DNA from: a virus | DNA: 64,000 nt | Direction: 5' to 3' (one strand) | IMG/VR virus record: IMGVR_UViG_3300035684_000002 | Coordinates: 1-64,000 of that record | Part shown: positions 1 to 9,066 of the stretch, one piece after another | Layout: each line of letters opens with the position of its first letter | Numbering within the stretch: position 1 is the first letter of the stretch | Program-made: the position numbers and the translations under genes | Notes under the pieces: generated by a model | Seen by the model: only the letters and a program-made list of their open reading frames with translations | Database searches by the model: none | Told to the model about the DNA's origin: nothing

Positions 1-1
1 C

Positions 2-142
2 CAGCGTCTGTCGGGCGCGCTCGCGGCCTGGTCCTTCGTCAGCGAGACGGGCACCGAAGCCGGCGACGCCGCCGAAGAACTCGAACAGCTGCTGGGCGGC
101 ATCGCGCGCTGGGGCTCCGCGGTCGTGCGGGTGACCCGGTGA
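2..142 (+). CDS. 3-prime end of a CDS entering from upstream (partial)
   Basis: Open frame ends at TGA 140-142 and overlaps GTG 139 of the next gene (GTGA coupling). Truncated, so absent from the ORF track. Confidence 0.3.
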   Translation, partial: QRLSGALAAWSFVSETGTEAGDAAEELEQLLGGIARWGSAVVRVTR

Positions 143-336
143 ACCCGGCCACCCGCCAGGTGCTGTGCGCGGTGCTGGTCGTCGCCGGGGTCATCGCCCT
201 GGGCTGCGCGTGCGCCGTCGCCTTCGCCATCGGCACCGACCCCGCCGCCGCCGACGCGGTGCCGCTGATGTTCGGCGGCGGCATGCTGATGGCCCTCGCC
301 GGGGCACTCATCTGGCCGATCGAGAGGTCGCAGTGA
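139..336 (+). CDS. small membrane protein
   Basis: ORF track 65 aa with two hydrophobic segments. Stop overlaps the next start (GTGA). Confidence 0.5.
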   Translation: MNPATRQVLCAVLVVAGVIALGCACAVAFAIGTDPAAADAVPLMFGGGMLMALAGALIWPIERSQ

Positions 337-557
337 AGGCCGACGACCGCCGGGTCGCGCGCCAGGCGCTGGCCGGCGGCATGGCTGCGGTCGGGGCCGC
401 GCTGGGGCTGGTGGCGGTGATCCTGGGCGTGCTGTCGGACCCGGCCACCGCCCAGCGCGCCACCGGCGGGGTCGTACTGCTCGCCGGACTGGTCAGCTGG
501 GCGGTGGCCATCGCGCTGTGGCCGCGCCGGGCCGGGCGCTCGAAGGGGGGCAGCTGA
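333..557 (+). CDS. small membrane protein
   Basis: GTG 333 is in frame with track ORF 165..557. Hydrophobic segments (AAVGAALGLVAVILGVL, VLLAGLVSWAVAIALW). Coupled at both ends. Confidence 0.5.
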   Translation: MKADDRRVARQALAGGMAAVGAALGLVAVILGVLSDPATAQRATGGVVLLAGLVSWAVAIALWPRRAGRSKGGS

Positions 558-733
558 TGATCCGCGAGCTGGTACAAATCGCGCCCCCGGCCGCCCAGGG
601 CGTGGGCACAGGACTGCTGGTGCTCGCGCTGTCGGGCCCCGACGGGGTCATGGGCGCGCTGGTGGCGACCATCGGGTCGACGTGCTTCGGGCTGTTCGCC
701 ACCCCCTCGCGCCAGCGCCCGGGGCAGCCATGA
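557..733 (+). CDS. small hypothetical/membrane protein
   Basis: ATG 557 is in frame with track ORF 518..733. TGATGA overlap upstream and ATGA overlap downstream. Confidence 0.45.
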   Translation: MIRELVQIAPPAAQGVGTGLLVLALSGPDGVMGALVATIGSTCFGLFATPSRQRPGQP

Positions 734-1056
734 CAGCCCGGGACTCGCGCGAGTTCGCCGCCGCCGACCGCGCCCAGGACGTCGAGGTGACCGCCGCGCT
801 GCTGCGCTTCGCGGAGCTGTGCGGTGGCCTCGACGCCACCATCCGCGCCAACCGCGCGGGTGAGCACGGCTACTTCGGGCTGGTGCCGGTCAGCGCGCTA
901 GTCGACCTGCTCGCCGCAGCACGGCCCCATCTACCGGTGCAGAACCCGGCCGATCCGGGCCCCTCGCCCTACGGTCAGGGTGCGGTTGCCGCCGCCGACC
1001 CTGCTGCCGGACCCGACCCGGAGGGCGCACCGCCACCCCCCGACCCGGCCCAGTAA
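730..1056 (+). CDS. hypothetical protein
   Basis: ATG 730 is in frame with track ORF 682..1056. ATGA coupling. Non-shadow amino-acid composition in the N-terminal half. Confidence 0.5.
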   Translation: MTARDSREFAAADRAQDVEVTAALLRFAELCGGLDATIRANRAGEHGYFGLVPVSALVDLLAAARPHLPVQNPADPGPSPYGQGAVAAADPAAGPDPEGAPPPPDPAQ

Positions 1057-1100
1057 CAGGGTTGTTAGGGCCCGACGGGGCACGGAAAGGGATCGGTTAC

Positions 1101-1535
1101 ATGGTCACTTCAACACAGCGTGATCGTCCCAGGTCGGCGGCTGGGTCCCCCAGTCCGCCGACCTGGGCACGGGGGCTCGACGGCTGCGAGGTCGGCAGCG
1201 CGGCACGCGGGGTCACCCTGCTGGCCGCGGTGCCCGGCAGCTGGGTCCCGGTCGGCTTCGGGGTCGGCAAGGTCGAGCTGGTCGCCTTCGGGGTCGGCGG
1301 GTTCTACCTCGCCGCCGCGATCGCGCTCTACCTCGCCCGCGTGGCCAGGCTGCTGATCGAGATCGAGCAGCACCACCGCGAGGCCAGCTGGCGTTCGATC
1401 GCGGACCGGGTCCGGGGTGACCGCGCGGTCGTCGAGGGGGCGACCGCGCACGTCCTGGCTCCGGTGCTGTGGCGCGAGCTGGTCAGCGCCCGGGTCGCCG
1501 AACGTGACCGGCGCGCCAGGTCCGGGGGTGGGTGA
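1101..1535 (+). CDS. membrane protein
   Basis: ATG 1101 lies within track ORF 1062..1535, with GGAAAGGG upstream. TM segments present. Stop overlaps GTG 1532. Confidence 0.5.
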   Translation: MVTSTQRDRPRSAAGSPSPPTWARGLDGCEVGSAARGVTLLAAVPGSWVPVGFGVGKVELVAFGVGGFYLAAAIALYLARVARLLIEIEQHHREASWRSIADRVRGDRAVVEGATAHVLAPVLWRELVSARVAERDRRARSGGG

Positions 1536-4033
1536 ACTGCCCCCATAGAGTCGGGGCCCGCCGGGTGTTGATCGCACCCGACGGGCCCCGCTATCGCTCC
1601 CCGTCACGAACAGCGCCGCCCAGCGCACGATCGGAAAGCCGAGACCGCATGCTAACGAACATCGGTACGCCCGTCCCCTCCGACGGGGGCGACGACCAGC
1701 AGAACGTCGCGCAAACGTCACCCGCGACTACTCGCGCAGCTGCCCCGGAGCCCGCCCGCGAACCAGCCAGCTCAACCCCGGCCGGCCCCGCGACCGCGCT
1801 CACCGTCCCGGTCATCGACACCGACGCGGACGCGCTGACCATCGCACTGGCGCTCGCGGAGGCCGGCTTCTACGTGCTGCCGACCGCTGCGGACAACCCG
1901 CGCCACGCCGGCAGCGTGTTGAAGCGCGGATGGCCCGACCGCAGCAGCCGCGACCCGGAGCAGCTGGTGGCCTGGTTCGCGGGCACCGACCACCGGGTCG
2001 CGATCCACTGCGGCCGGTCGGGCGTGGTGGCCTTCGACATCGACCACTGGGACGCGCTCACGGAGCTGGTGCACCGGGCGGTGACCACGGAGGGCGCCCC
2101 GTTCCACGGCACCCGCCAGGACGAGAGCGATCCCGAGTTCGACCCGATGCGCGGGCACTACCTGTTCCGGGTGCCGCCCGGACGGCGGCTGACCAACAGC
2201 AACGGGGCCCTGGGCAAGGGCTGGGGCGAGGTGCGCGGCAACAACGGCATCATCCTGGTGGGCGGGCCCGGCCGGGCGTGGTTGCAGACCGGTGAGGTGC
2301 CGGTGCTGCCCGACTACATCGCCGAGCAACTGCCCGACGGCGGGGACCGCGAGTCGACCGTCAGCGACGACGATGTGGCCCGGTTCGTGCGCGACCACCC
2401 GGTGGAGACCTCGCCGGGGCGGCTGGTGGAGATCCTGACCGGGTTCAGCCACGCGGTGGCCCAGGGTGGCAGCCGGCACCAGGCGCTGGTCGGTGCGGCG
2501 TGTTGGGCCACCCGCGAGATCGTCAAGGGGCGGCTGGCGGCGAAGAGCACCTACCGCCGGCTGGCTGACGAGTTCGTCGCGGTGATGGGCGGCGAGCGCC
2601 GCCCGGGGGACCGGAAGCTGGCCCGGCGCCAGGCGATGGTCGAGGCGCGGACGGTGATCGCGTGGGCGGTCGCACAGGAAGGCCAGCACGTCTACAGCGC
2701 GACCACGGACCGACTCAGCGCGCTGGGGAACGTGTCCGCGAGCCCAGCCGAAGCCACTCCGGGGGCTACACCCCCGGCTGGGCTCGCGGGCGTTCAGGAT
2801 ACCGGGGCGGCGATCGCGGCGGTGGCCGAGCAGCTGCGCGAACAGCTCGACCTCGACCCGGAAGCGGCGGTGCGCGCGGCGGCGGAGCAGGTCGAGCTGG
2901 ACGCGGTGAAGCGCCGCGAGCGCATCCTGATACGGGCCCGCGAGCAGCTGCGGGCGGAGATGATGCCCCGGCCGGTGCGGATGTCAGGGCGCGAGTTCCT
3001 GACCCAGCCCGAACCCACGGCGCTGATCCCCTCGCTGCTCTACCGCGACTCGCTGGCCCACATCTTCGGCCCGCCGGGCGGGGGCAAGTCCTTCGTGGTG
3101 CTCGACTGGGCGCTGCGGCTGGCCAACGGGATGACGTGGGGCACCGGGGACCAGACGGCCCGGCTCGACGTCACCACGGTGCACTACGTGATGGCTGAAG
3201 GCGTGGGGGTGAACGTGGCCCGCACGAACGCCTGGCTGGCCCATCACGGGCGCGGGCCCGACGCGCTGGACCGGTTCCACCCCTGGCCGACGCCCATCCT
3301 GCTGACCGAAGCCGGGCTGACCCACTACCTGCGCGAGGTCGAGCGCGACCGGCCGGGGTTGATCATCCTCGACACGAAGAACGCCATGATGGACGGCGAC
3401 GAGAACAGCGGGTCGGACAGCGCGGTGCTGGTGCGGGCGATGCACCAGCTGCGGATCGCGGCCGGCGGTGCGTGCGTGGCGCTGGTGGACCACTCCGGCA
3501 ACCGGGACCCGGAGCGCTCGCGGGGCTCGAACGCGGTCAAGGCGGCCAGCGATACCCAGATCAGGATCATGCGCGACGACGACACGGGCACCGTCGAGGT
3601 CAAGGTGACCCGGGACAAGGCCGCTGAGCCGGGCACCACGTGGCTGCTCGACATTCGGGGGGTGTCGGGGACAAAGGGCGCGGTGGTGGTGCCCGCGCTG
3701 GGCCGGGACGGGTCGCCGTTCCGGGCGATCGAGCCCTGGTGGACCTTCGACGCGGTCGAGCTGCCGGAGTCGGTCGCGAAGCTGACCGGGCGCGGGGCGG
3801 ATACCGCACGGGACTGCTACCGGGTCATGTGCTGGGTCGACGACCTCGACGGGCTGACCGCGGAGCAGGTCTACAAGGCGGTGCGTGAGCGGCCCGGGGA
3901 CACCCCGGGCGACCCGACGTTGCGCGCGGGTTTCGCGATGTTGAAGCGCGAGGGGATCGCGGTGCAGGGGTCGACTCCGACCCGTTTCGTGATCAGCCAG
4001 CACTTCGCGCCGACCCGCAAGCCGTCTCCGTAG
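1532..4033 (+). CDS. bifunctional Prim-Pol primase / RepA-like (AAA_25) replicative helicase-type protein
   Basis: Track ORF 833 aa. N-terminal Prim-Pol-like block (GFYVLP..., VAFDIDHWD). C-terminal Walker A GPPGGGKSF with ILDTKN and VDHSGN blocks. Alternative start ATG 1649. Confidence 0.88.
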   Translation: MNCPHRVGARRVLIAPDGPRYRSPSRTAPPSARSESRDRMLTNIGTPVPSDGGDDQQNVAQTSPATTRAAAPEPAREPASSTPAGPATALTVPVIDTDADALTIALALAEAGFYVLPTAADNPRHAGSVLKRGWPDRSSRDPEQLVAWFAGTDHRVAIHCGRSGVVAFDIDHWDALTELVHRAVTTEGAPFHGTRQDESDPEFDPMRGHYLFRVPPGRRLTNSNGALGKGWGEVRGNNGIILVGGPGRAWLQTGEVPVLPDYIAEQLPDGGDRESTVSDDDVARFVRDHPVETSPGRLVEILTGFSHAVAQGGSRHQALVGAACWATREIVKGRLAAKSTYRRLADEFVAVMGGERRPGDRKLARRQAMVEARTVIAWAVAQEGQHVYSATTDRLSALGNVSASPAEATPGATPPAGLAGVQDTGAAIAAVAEQLREQLDLDPEAAVRAAAEQVELDAVKRRERILIRAREQLRAEMMPRPVRMSGREFLTQPEPTALIPSLLYRDSLAHIFGPPGGGKSFVVLDWALRLANGMTWGTGDQTARLDVTTVHYVMAEGVGVNVARTNAWLAHHGRGPDALDRFHPWPTPILLTEAGLTHYLREVERDRPGLIILDTKNAMMDGDENSGSDSAVLVRAMHQLRIAAGGACVALVDHSGNRDPERSRGSNAVKAASDTQIRIMRDDDTGTVEVKVTRDKAAEPGTTWLLDIRGVSGTKGAVVVPALGRDGSPFRAIEPWWTFDAVELPESVAKLTGRGADTARDCYRVMCWVDDLDGLTAEQVYKAVRERPGDTPGDPTLRAGFAMLKREGIAVQGSTPTRFVISQHFAPTRKPSP

Positions 4034-4450
4034 CGGAACCGGTAGCGCCTGGACGTGATACCGGGGCGCTACCGGTTGTTACCGCAGGTCAAGGCCCTGT
4101 TTCTGGCTCTTGACACGGGTGTTGATAACTAAAGTACGCACGTGCCTTGTTACCCAAGCGCTACCGGATGTTACCGCAGGTCAGAGGCCCTTTTCGAGGC
4201 TCCGGTAGCGCCCGGTAGCGCCGGTAACAAGATCAAGTAACGTGATCTTGTTACCGTCCGGCGTGTCGCTCGGCGTGTCGCGCTACCGGTGATCTTGAAA
4301 GCGCTACCGAAATCGCGTTTCCGCAGGTCAGACCCCTGATACCAAAATGATCTTTAGATGATCTTCACAAGATCATCGGTAGCGGTCGGTATCACGTCGA
4401 TATCAGGCTCTGACCTGGGCGGTAGCGGTTGGTAGCGCCCCGGTATCACG
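4030..4450. repeat. iteron field, candidate replication origin
   Basis: About 10 copies of GGTAGCGC/GCGCTACC in both orientations. 3x CGGTATCACG, 3x GTTNCCGCAGGTCA, 6x TGATCTT/AAGATCA. Perfect 13 bp inverted repeat at 4223-4255. Locally AT-richer, and directly downstream of the primase-helicase gene. Confidence 0.6.
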
Positions 4451-4474
4451 CAAAAAATCTTCCCTCCACACCTC

Positions 4475-4511
4475 CCCCCGCTAGCCCGCCCCCGAAGGGG
4501 GCTAGCGGGGG
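4475..4511. terminator. GC-rich hairpin (13 bp stem), possible terminator
   Basis: CCCCCGCTAGCCC...GGGCTAGCGGGGG. No adjacent U-tract. Confidence 0.35.
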
Positions 4512-4569
4512 TGGACGGCCGGCCCGGGTCGACAGGGGACAGAAGAAGATCACCAACACGACCCGGAGG

Positions 4570-5187
4570 ATGGCGACCGTGACCCAGCAGCTGATCGAGC
4601 ACCGGCCGACGGTCCGGCCCGGGTGGGCGAGCCGGACCGTCCGGGCGATCCGGGAGGCGTACCGATGGACGCCCCGGGACTGGGCGGTCTGGGCGGGGTG
4701 CTCCGCGGTCGGGTCGGTAGTGCTGGGCGTGGTGATGCTGATCGCCACCACAGGCGGCGGGACACCGGCCACCGTCACCGCCGCCGTCCCGCCGGCCCCG
4801 TCGGTCACCGTGGCCACCCAGCCGACCAGCTCGCCGACCACCCCGCCGCCCACGTCCACCCCGCCGGCCCCGCGCACCGCGGACGCCCCCCGCGCCCCCC
4901 GGGTGGTGGCGCCGGAGCGAACGGCCCCGGAAACGGCCCTGAGCGCGCCGCAGAGCGCCGAACAGCCCGCCCCCGGTGTCCCGGGCCCGGAGAGCCCCAC
5001 GGCGACGCTCACGGCGACCCCTGAGCCGACCGCCATCGACACGCCCGACCCGACCGCCACCGGGACGCCCTCGCCGACGCCCAGCAGCCCGGCGGAGACC
5101 TCCGTCACCCAGCCGGGCGGTCCGGGAGGTCAGGGCGGACCCGGCGGGCCCGGTGGCGGCCAGGGCGGCTCGCCGACACGCCCGTGA
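4570..5187 (+). CDS. membrane-anchored Pro/Thr-rich protein
   Basis: ATG 4570 follows GGAGG and is in frame with track ORF 4429..5187. One TM segment, then a P/T/A-rich low-complexity tail. Confidence 0.55.
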   Translation: MATVTQQLIEHRPTVRPGWASRTVRAIREAYRWTPRDWAVWAGCSAVGSVVLGVVMLIATTGGGTPATVTAAVPPAPSVTVATQPTSSPTTPPPTSTPPAPRTADAPRAPRVVAPERTAPETALSAPQSAEQPAPGVPGPESPTATLTATPEPTAIDTPDPTATGTPSPTPSSPAETSVTQPGGPGGQGGPGGPGGGQGGSPTRP

Positions 5188-5376
5188 TTGCACGCTCAAT
5201 CGATGGCCGGCGGTAGCGTGCTGGACGCCCGTTCGCTCGACCGTTCGGCTGCCGGTGCCCCCCCCTCGACCGGCAGCTGAAACGTTCACCCCGCACGGAA
5301 CGCTGGTTGAGCGAACGGGCCTCGCACATGATCACGTGCTAGCCCGGCCGATCTCTCACCCCCGGAGGATCACGCG

Positions 5377-6255
5377 GTGACCCAGGCTCGACCCAGCTCG
5401 ACCAGCTCCCCCGCCGGCCTCCGTGCCACCGCCAGCTCGACCAGCCCCCCCACCGGCAGCCCCAGGGCCGACGCGGTCGAGCTGGCGGCCCAGCTGCTCA
5501 ACCCCGGGGTCCACGAGCTATCCCGCGAGGCCGAAGGCGGCGAGCTGGCCGGCCAGGCTGCCCAGCACGCGGGCGAGGTCGCCCGACTGCGGGCCCAGGC
5601 CGGCGACCTGCGCGCTCGCGGGCTGCGACCCCAGGCCACCCGGGTGATGTTCCGGGCGATGGACCACGAACGCCGCCGGCTGAGCGCTGAGCGGGCGCTG
5701 GCCGTGCTGAGCGCGCCGGTGCCCTCGCTGCTCGACCAGGTCGTCGACGCCATCGAGTCGAGCAGCGCCGCCGCCCGCCCCGGCGCGGTGGCCAAGGCGC
5801 ACCGCAGCCCCATCGGGCTGGCGGCGGCCCAGCTGGTGGGCGACATCGAGGCGGTCGTGGGGCACGGGCCCCGGCCTCAGCTGGCCCGGCGCACGTGGGG
5901 CTGGGCGGTGCGCCACAGCGCCACCCCACGGGCCGGGGCGCATCTCGCGGACTGGCTGACCCGGGCCAGGTCGGTGGTCGAGCCCAGCCGCCCGCTCGAC
6001 CTCGCCGCCCCCTGCCCTGCGTGCGGCGAGACCGTCGCCTGGCTGGCTGACGACTGCGGGCTGCCGGTGCGGCGCACGGCGTTGCAGATCGACCGGGCCA
6101 CCGGGCACGCCCGGTGCGTGGCCCGCCCGCACGGGCGCCCATGCGGGGCGAGCTGGGCCCCGGGCGCGCTCACCTTCCTGGCCGGCCTGCTCGAAACCCA
6201 GCGCCTGGCCCAGGTCGAGATCGACGGGGGGCAGCTGGTCGGGGCCGGCACTTGA
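5377..6255 (+). CDS. hypothetical protein
   Basis: Track ORF 292 aa. GTG start after GGAGGA. Cys pairs near the C-terminus (CPACGE..., CVARPHGRPC). Confidence 0.6.
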   Translation: MTQARPSSTSSPAGLRATASSTSPPTGSPRADAVELAAQLLNPGVHELSREAEGGELAGQAAQHAGEVARLRAQAGDLRARGLRPQATRVMFRAMDHERRRLSAERALAVLSAPVPSLLDQVVDAIESSSAAARPGAVAKAHRSPIGLAAAQLVGDIEAVVGHGPRPQLARRTWGWAVRHSATPRAGAHLADWLTRARSVVEPSRPLDLAAPCPACGETVAWLADDCGLPVRRTALQIDRATGHARCVARPHGRPCGASWAPGALTFLAGLLETQRLAQVEIDGGQLVGAGT

Positions 6256-6314
6256 CACCGGGCCCCTGGTCAGCTGATCATCCCCAGCGCGGGGCAGAGC
6301 CATGCCCACCCACC

Positions 6315-6707
6315 ATGGGGACCACCGGGGGCGAGGGGGCTCGCCCTGCACCCAGCGCCCGGCCCGGTCGCCCGTGCATCGACTGCGGCAAGCTGACCGA
6401 CTCGACCAGGTGCCCGGGCTGCCGGCCCGCGCACCAGCGCAGCAGGGACCGGCGCCGCGACACCCGCCGGCCGACCAGCAGCGCTCGCGGCTACGACGCC
6501 GCGCACCAGCGCCTCCGTGCCGCCCTGGCCCCGGTGGTGGCGGCAGGGCAGGCCAGGTGCTGGCGGTGCACCCACCCCATCGCGCCTGGGTCGAGCTGGC
6601 ATGTCGGTCACGACGATGATGATCGGTCGATCGTCCGTGGAACTGAACACGCGAACTGCAACCTCGCCGCCGCTGGTCACGCCTCGCATCGTGGTGACTC
6701 GGCGTGA
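6315..6707 (+). CDS. HNH endonuclease
   Basis: ATG 6315 is in frame with track ORF 6114..6707. CIDCGK...CPGC, CWRC...HVGHDDDD...HANCN: an HNH/zinc-finger pattern typical next to cos-type terminases. Confidence 0.8.
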   Translation: MGTTGGEGARPAPSARPGRPCIDCGKLTDSTRCPGCRPAHQRSRDRRRDTRRPTSSARGYDAAHQRLRAALAPVVAAGQARCWRCTHPIAPGSSWHVGHDDDDRSIVRGTEHANCNLAAAGHASHRGDSA

Positions 6708-7176
6708 TCGGGCTCGATGTCACAGAGGGTCACCCCCCGGAGGGGAGGGGGGTGGGCACCCATCGTGACTTTGGGTAACCCCATAGACCCCCGCCCCTAC
6801 CCCCCCCACGGTCTGTACGGGTCTGGGGCGGCCCTCTGACCTGCGGAAACGTGCCCGGTCCGGGCCCCGCTGAGTGCCTCGCCCGCGCGCCGGGCGCGGC
6901 GCGGCGTGATCAAGCCCCTGACCTGCGGAAACGTACCCGCCCCGGGCCCCCAGGGCCGGTCACTCCCGGTGACCCTCTCGCGATCACGATCATGGTCGGA
7001 GGCCGGCGGCGGGGTCTCGCTGTAGAGCGAGCCCCCAGCGGTCACCGATCGTGACCCCGGCCCCGATCACACTCCGTGACGCCCGCCCGGGCGCCCGGCC
7101 CGCGACCACGCTCCGCTACCAGTGGGGGCTCGCTCTACTCCGACCACCCAGCCACCCCACCGGAGGGACCACCACC
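6708..7176. other. long noncoding region upstream of the late operon (candidate cos/packaging or late-promoter region)
   Basis: No credible ORF. 2x CTGACCTGCGGAAACGTNCCCG (6836-6858 and 6918-6940). 15 bp inverted repeat 7022-7036 / 7124-7138. Several GATCGTGAC-like repeats. Confidence 0.4.
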
Positions 7177-7575
7177 ATGACCGCGACCATCCTCGCGGGC
7201 CCCTGGCTCACCCAGGCGCCCGCCGCCGGTGACCTGGGCTCCGACATCAGCGCCAGCCAGTGGCTCAGCCTGGCGATCAACGTCGTACTGCCGATCGTGG
7301 TCGCCCTGGTGACCAGCCGGGTGGCCGGCGGCGCGGTCAAGGCGCTGGTGCTGCTGGTGCTGTCCGCGATCAGCAGCTACCTGGTGGCCATCCTCGCCAG
7401 CGTCGAGGCCGGCACGGCGGTCGACTGGTCGCAGACCACGTTCACCGCGCTGGTCGGGCTGGTCGTCGCGGTGTCGACCCACTTCGGTGTGTGGAAGCCG
7501 ACCGGCGTCACCGGCTCCGACGGGCTGGTGCAGCGCAAGGTCAGCGCCGGCATCGGCGGACGGCGCGCGGCGTGA
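7177..7575 (+). CDS. membrane protein (holin-like topology)
   Basis: ATG 7177 follows GGAGGG and is in frame with track ORF 7051..7575. 3-4 TM segments. Confidence 0.65.
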   Translation: MTATILAGPWLTQAPAAGDLGSDISASQWLSLAINVVLPIVVALVTSRVAGGAVKALVLLVLSAISSYLVAILASVEAGTAVDWSQTTFTALVGLVVAVSTHFGVWKPTGVTGSDGLVQRKVSAGIGGRRAA

Positions 7576-7814
7576 CCGGCCCCGTCGCCGCGACCGCGGA
7601 GGGGCGCAACCCCGCGGTCGTCGGAGCTGCCCGCTGGCTCGACGTCAACCCCGGCCTGGGCGAGCCCCAGCGCCAGGTCGCCCAGCTGTTCGCGACCGCC
7701 GCCATGGGGCTGCTCGACCTGGTGCCCGACTCCCCCGACCTGACCCACGCCCTGCGATCGCTGACGACCGCGAAGGACGATGCGGTGCGCGCGAGCCTGG
7801 AGGCGGGACGATGA
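7572..7814 (+). CDS. hypothetical protein
   Basis: GTG 7572 (GTGA overlap), in frame with track ORF 7260..7814. Confidence 0.5.
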   Translation: MTGPVAATAEGRNPAVVGAARWLDVNPGLGEPQRQVAQLFATAAMGLLDLVPDSPDLTHALRSLTTAKDDAVRASLEAGR

Positions 7815-8026
7815 GCATGCGCCGCTTCTCCGTCGTCGAGGGCGACGACCGACAGGGCCGGATCGTCGGCGAGGGCGTCGCCTTCACCGGCGGCCCGACC
7901 TCGCCCGCCGTGGTGCTCAGCGAGGGCGCCCCCACTCCGGTGACCTACTCCGACGTCGCCCACGTCGGCGCCTCGCACCCGCACGCCCAGGTCGTGTTCA
8001 TCGACCCGGAGTCGAGCGCCGGGTGA
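7811..8026 (+). CDS. hypothetical protein
   Basis: ATG 7811 (ATGA overlap), in frame with track ORF 7487..8026. Confidence 0.5.
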   Translation: MSMRRFSVVEGDDRQGRIVGEGVAFTGGPTSPAVVLSEGAPTPVTYSDVAHVGASHPHAQVVFIDPESSAG

Positions 8027-8385
8027 CCCGCTCCCGGCTGGGCGTCGCCTTCGCGGTGATGGCGGTCATCCTGCTGGGGCTCGCGGCCAACTGCGGTCCC
8101 GACGCGCCGCCGGCCTCCGTGCCGGGCCCGCCGACCTACCCGCCGACCAGCTCGTCGGCGACGACCCCGCCGACCGCCGCGCCGACCAGCCAGCCGGCGG
8201 CCCCGGAGGCGGAGCCGACCCGGCTGCGCCCGGTCGCGCCGCCGCCGACCGCCGACGGTGACGACGACCGCGCCGATGCGTCGCAACGCTCTGACCAGTG
8301 GGAACGCACCGGCCAGAGTGGACACCCGTGCCGGGCCGGCGAGCGCGACGGCGACGGCGACGGCTACTGCGGCGAGGGGCGATGA
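8023..8385 (+). CDS. secreted/lipoprotein-like Pro-rich protein
   Basis: GTG 8023 (GTGA overlap), in frame with track ORF 7780..8385. Signal-like N-terminus ...LLGLAANCG. Confidence 0.5.
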   Translation: MTRSRLGVAFAVMAVILLGLAANCGPDAPPASVPGPPTYPPTSSSATTPPTAAPTSQPAAPEAEPTRLRPVAPPPTADGDDDRADASQRSDQWERTGQSGHPCRAGERDGDGDGYCGEGR

Positions 8386-8579
8386 CCTGCCGGTGCGGTC
8401 ACAGCCGAACGACCCACGACCACTACCGTGCCGGCACCGACTGCGGGGCGTGCGGCCCGGCGCGCTGCCCGGCCTACCGCACCAGCTGGCGGGCGCTGGC
8501 CGGCGACCTGCGCGCAGCCGGCTTCGGGCTGGTGCTGCTGGCGCGTGCACTGATCGACCAGGGGAGATCGAACAGGTGA
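8382..8579 (+). CDS. small Cys-rich protein
   Basis: ATG 8382 (ATGA overlap), in frame with track ORF 8298..8579. CRCGH...CGACGPARC. Confidence 0.5.
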   Translation: MTCRCGHSRTTHDHYRAGTDCGACGPARCPAYRTSWRALAGDLRAAGFGLVLLARALIDQGRSNR

Positions 8580-8845
8580 GCGAGACCGACGGGGCCCGCG
8601 GGCCCGGCGAGCTGCGGGTGGACATCGAGCACGACGACGTCGACCCGCCGGAGCCGGACGCCCCCACGACCGGGATCTACGTGTCGCTGCTGCCCCCGGA
8701 CGGGATGCGGTTCAGCGGCTCGATCTACGTCGACGGCGAGGCCACCCCGGAGCAGGTCGCGGAGATGCTGCGCCGGGCCACGGTGGCGGTCGCCGCCGCG
8801 CACTCGCCGCAGCTGCTGCACGCCGTGCGGGGGCCGGAGTACTGA
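8576..8845 (+). CDS. hypothetical acidic protein
   Basis: GTG 8576 (GTGA overlap), in frame with track ORF 8258..8845. Confidence 0.5.
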   Translation: MSETDGARGPGELRVDIEHDDVDPPEPDAPTTGIYVSLLPPDGMRFSGSIYVDGEATPEQVAEMLRRATVAVAAAHSPQLLHAVRGPEY

Positions 8846-9066
8846 TGCCGATCACCAGCCCGATGCCTGCCGGCCCGGCGCGTCCCCGACCGCTGCGCGC
8901 GACGCTATTCGAGCTGCGCGTAGTCGACGTGCGCGTGGTCGTCTACCGGATCGCCGACTACCAGCCGCGCCTCCGCCTGGCCGCCAACCGCGTCGGTGAC
9001 CGCCTGATCGGCACCAGCCTGGCCTACCGCGGCTGGTGCACCTCGCTGGTCTGGCGGCGCGCCTGA
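8845..9066 (+). CDS. hypothetical protein
   Basis: Track ORF 73 aa. TGATG overlaps at both ends. Confidence 0.45.
   Translation: MPITSPMPAGPARPRPLRATLFELRVVDVRVVVYRIADYQPRLRLAANRVGDRLIGTSLAYRGWCTSLVWRRA

Noticed and set aside
4354-5289. 311-aa minus-strand ORF across the origin-like region and the Pro/Thr-rich gene
   Set aside because: Extreme Arg/Gly composition and no SD. It overlaps a plus-strand gene that has a good SD and a TM helix.
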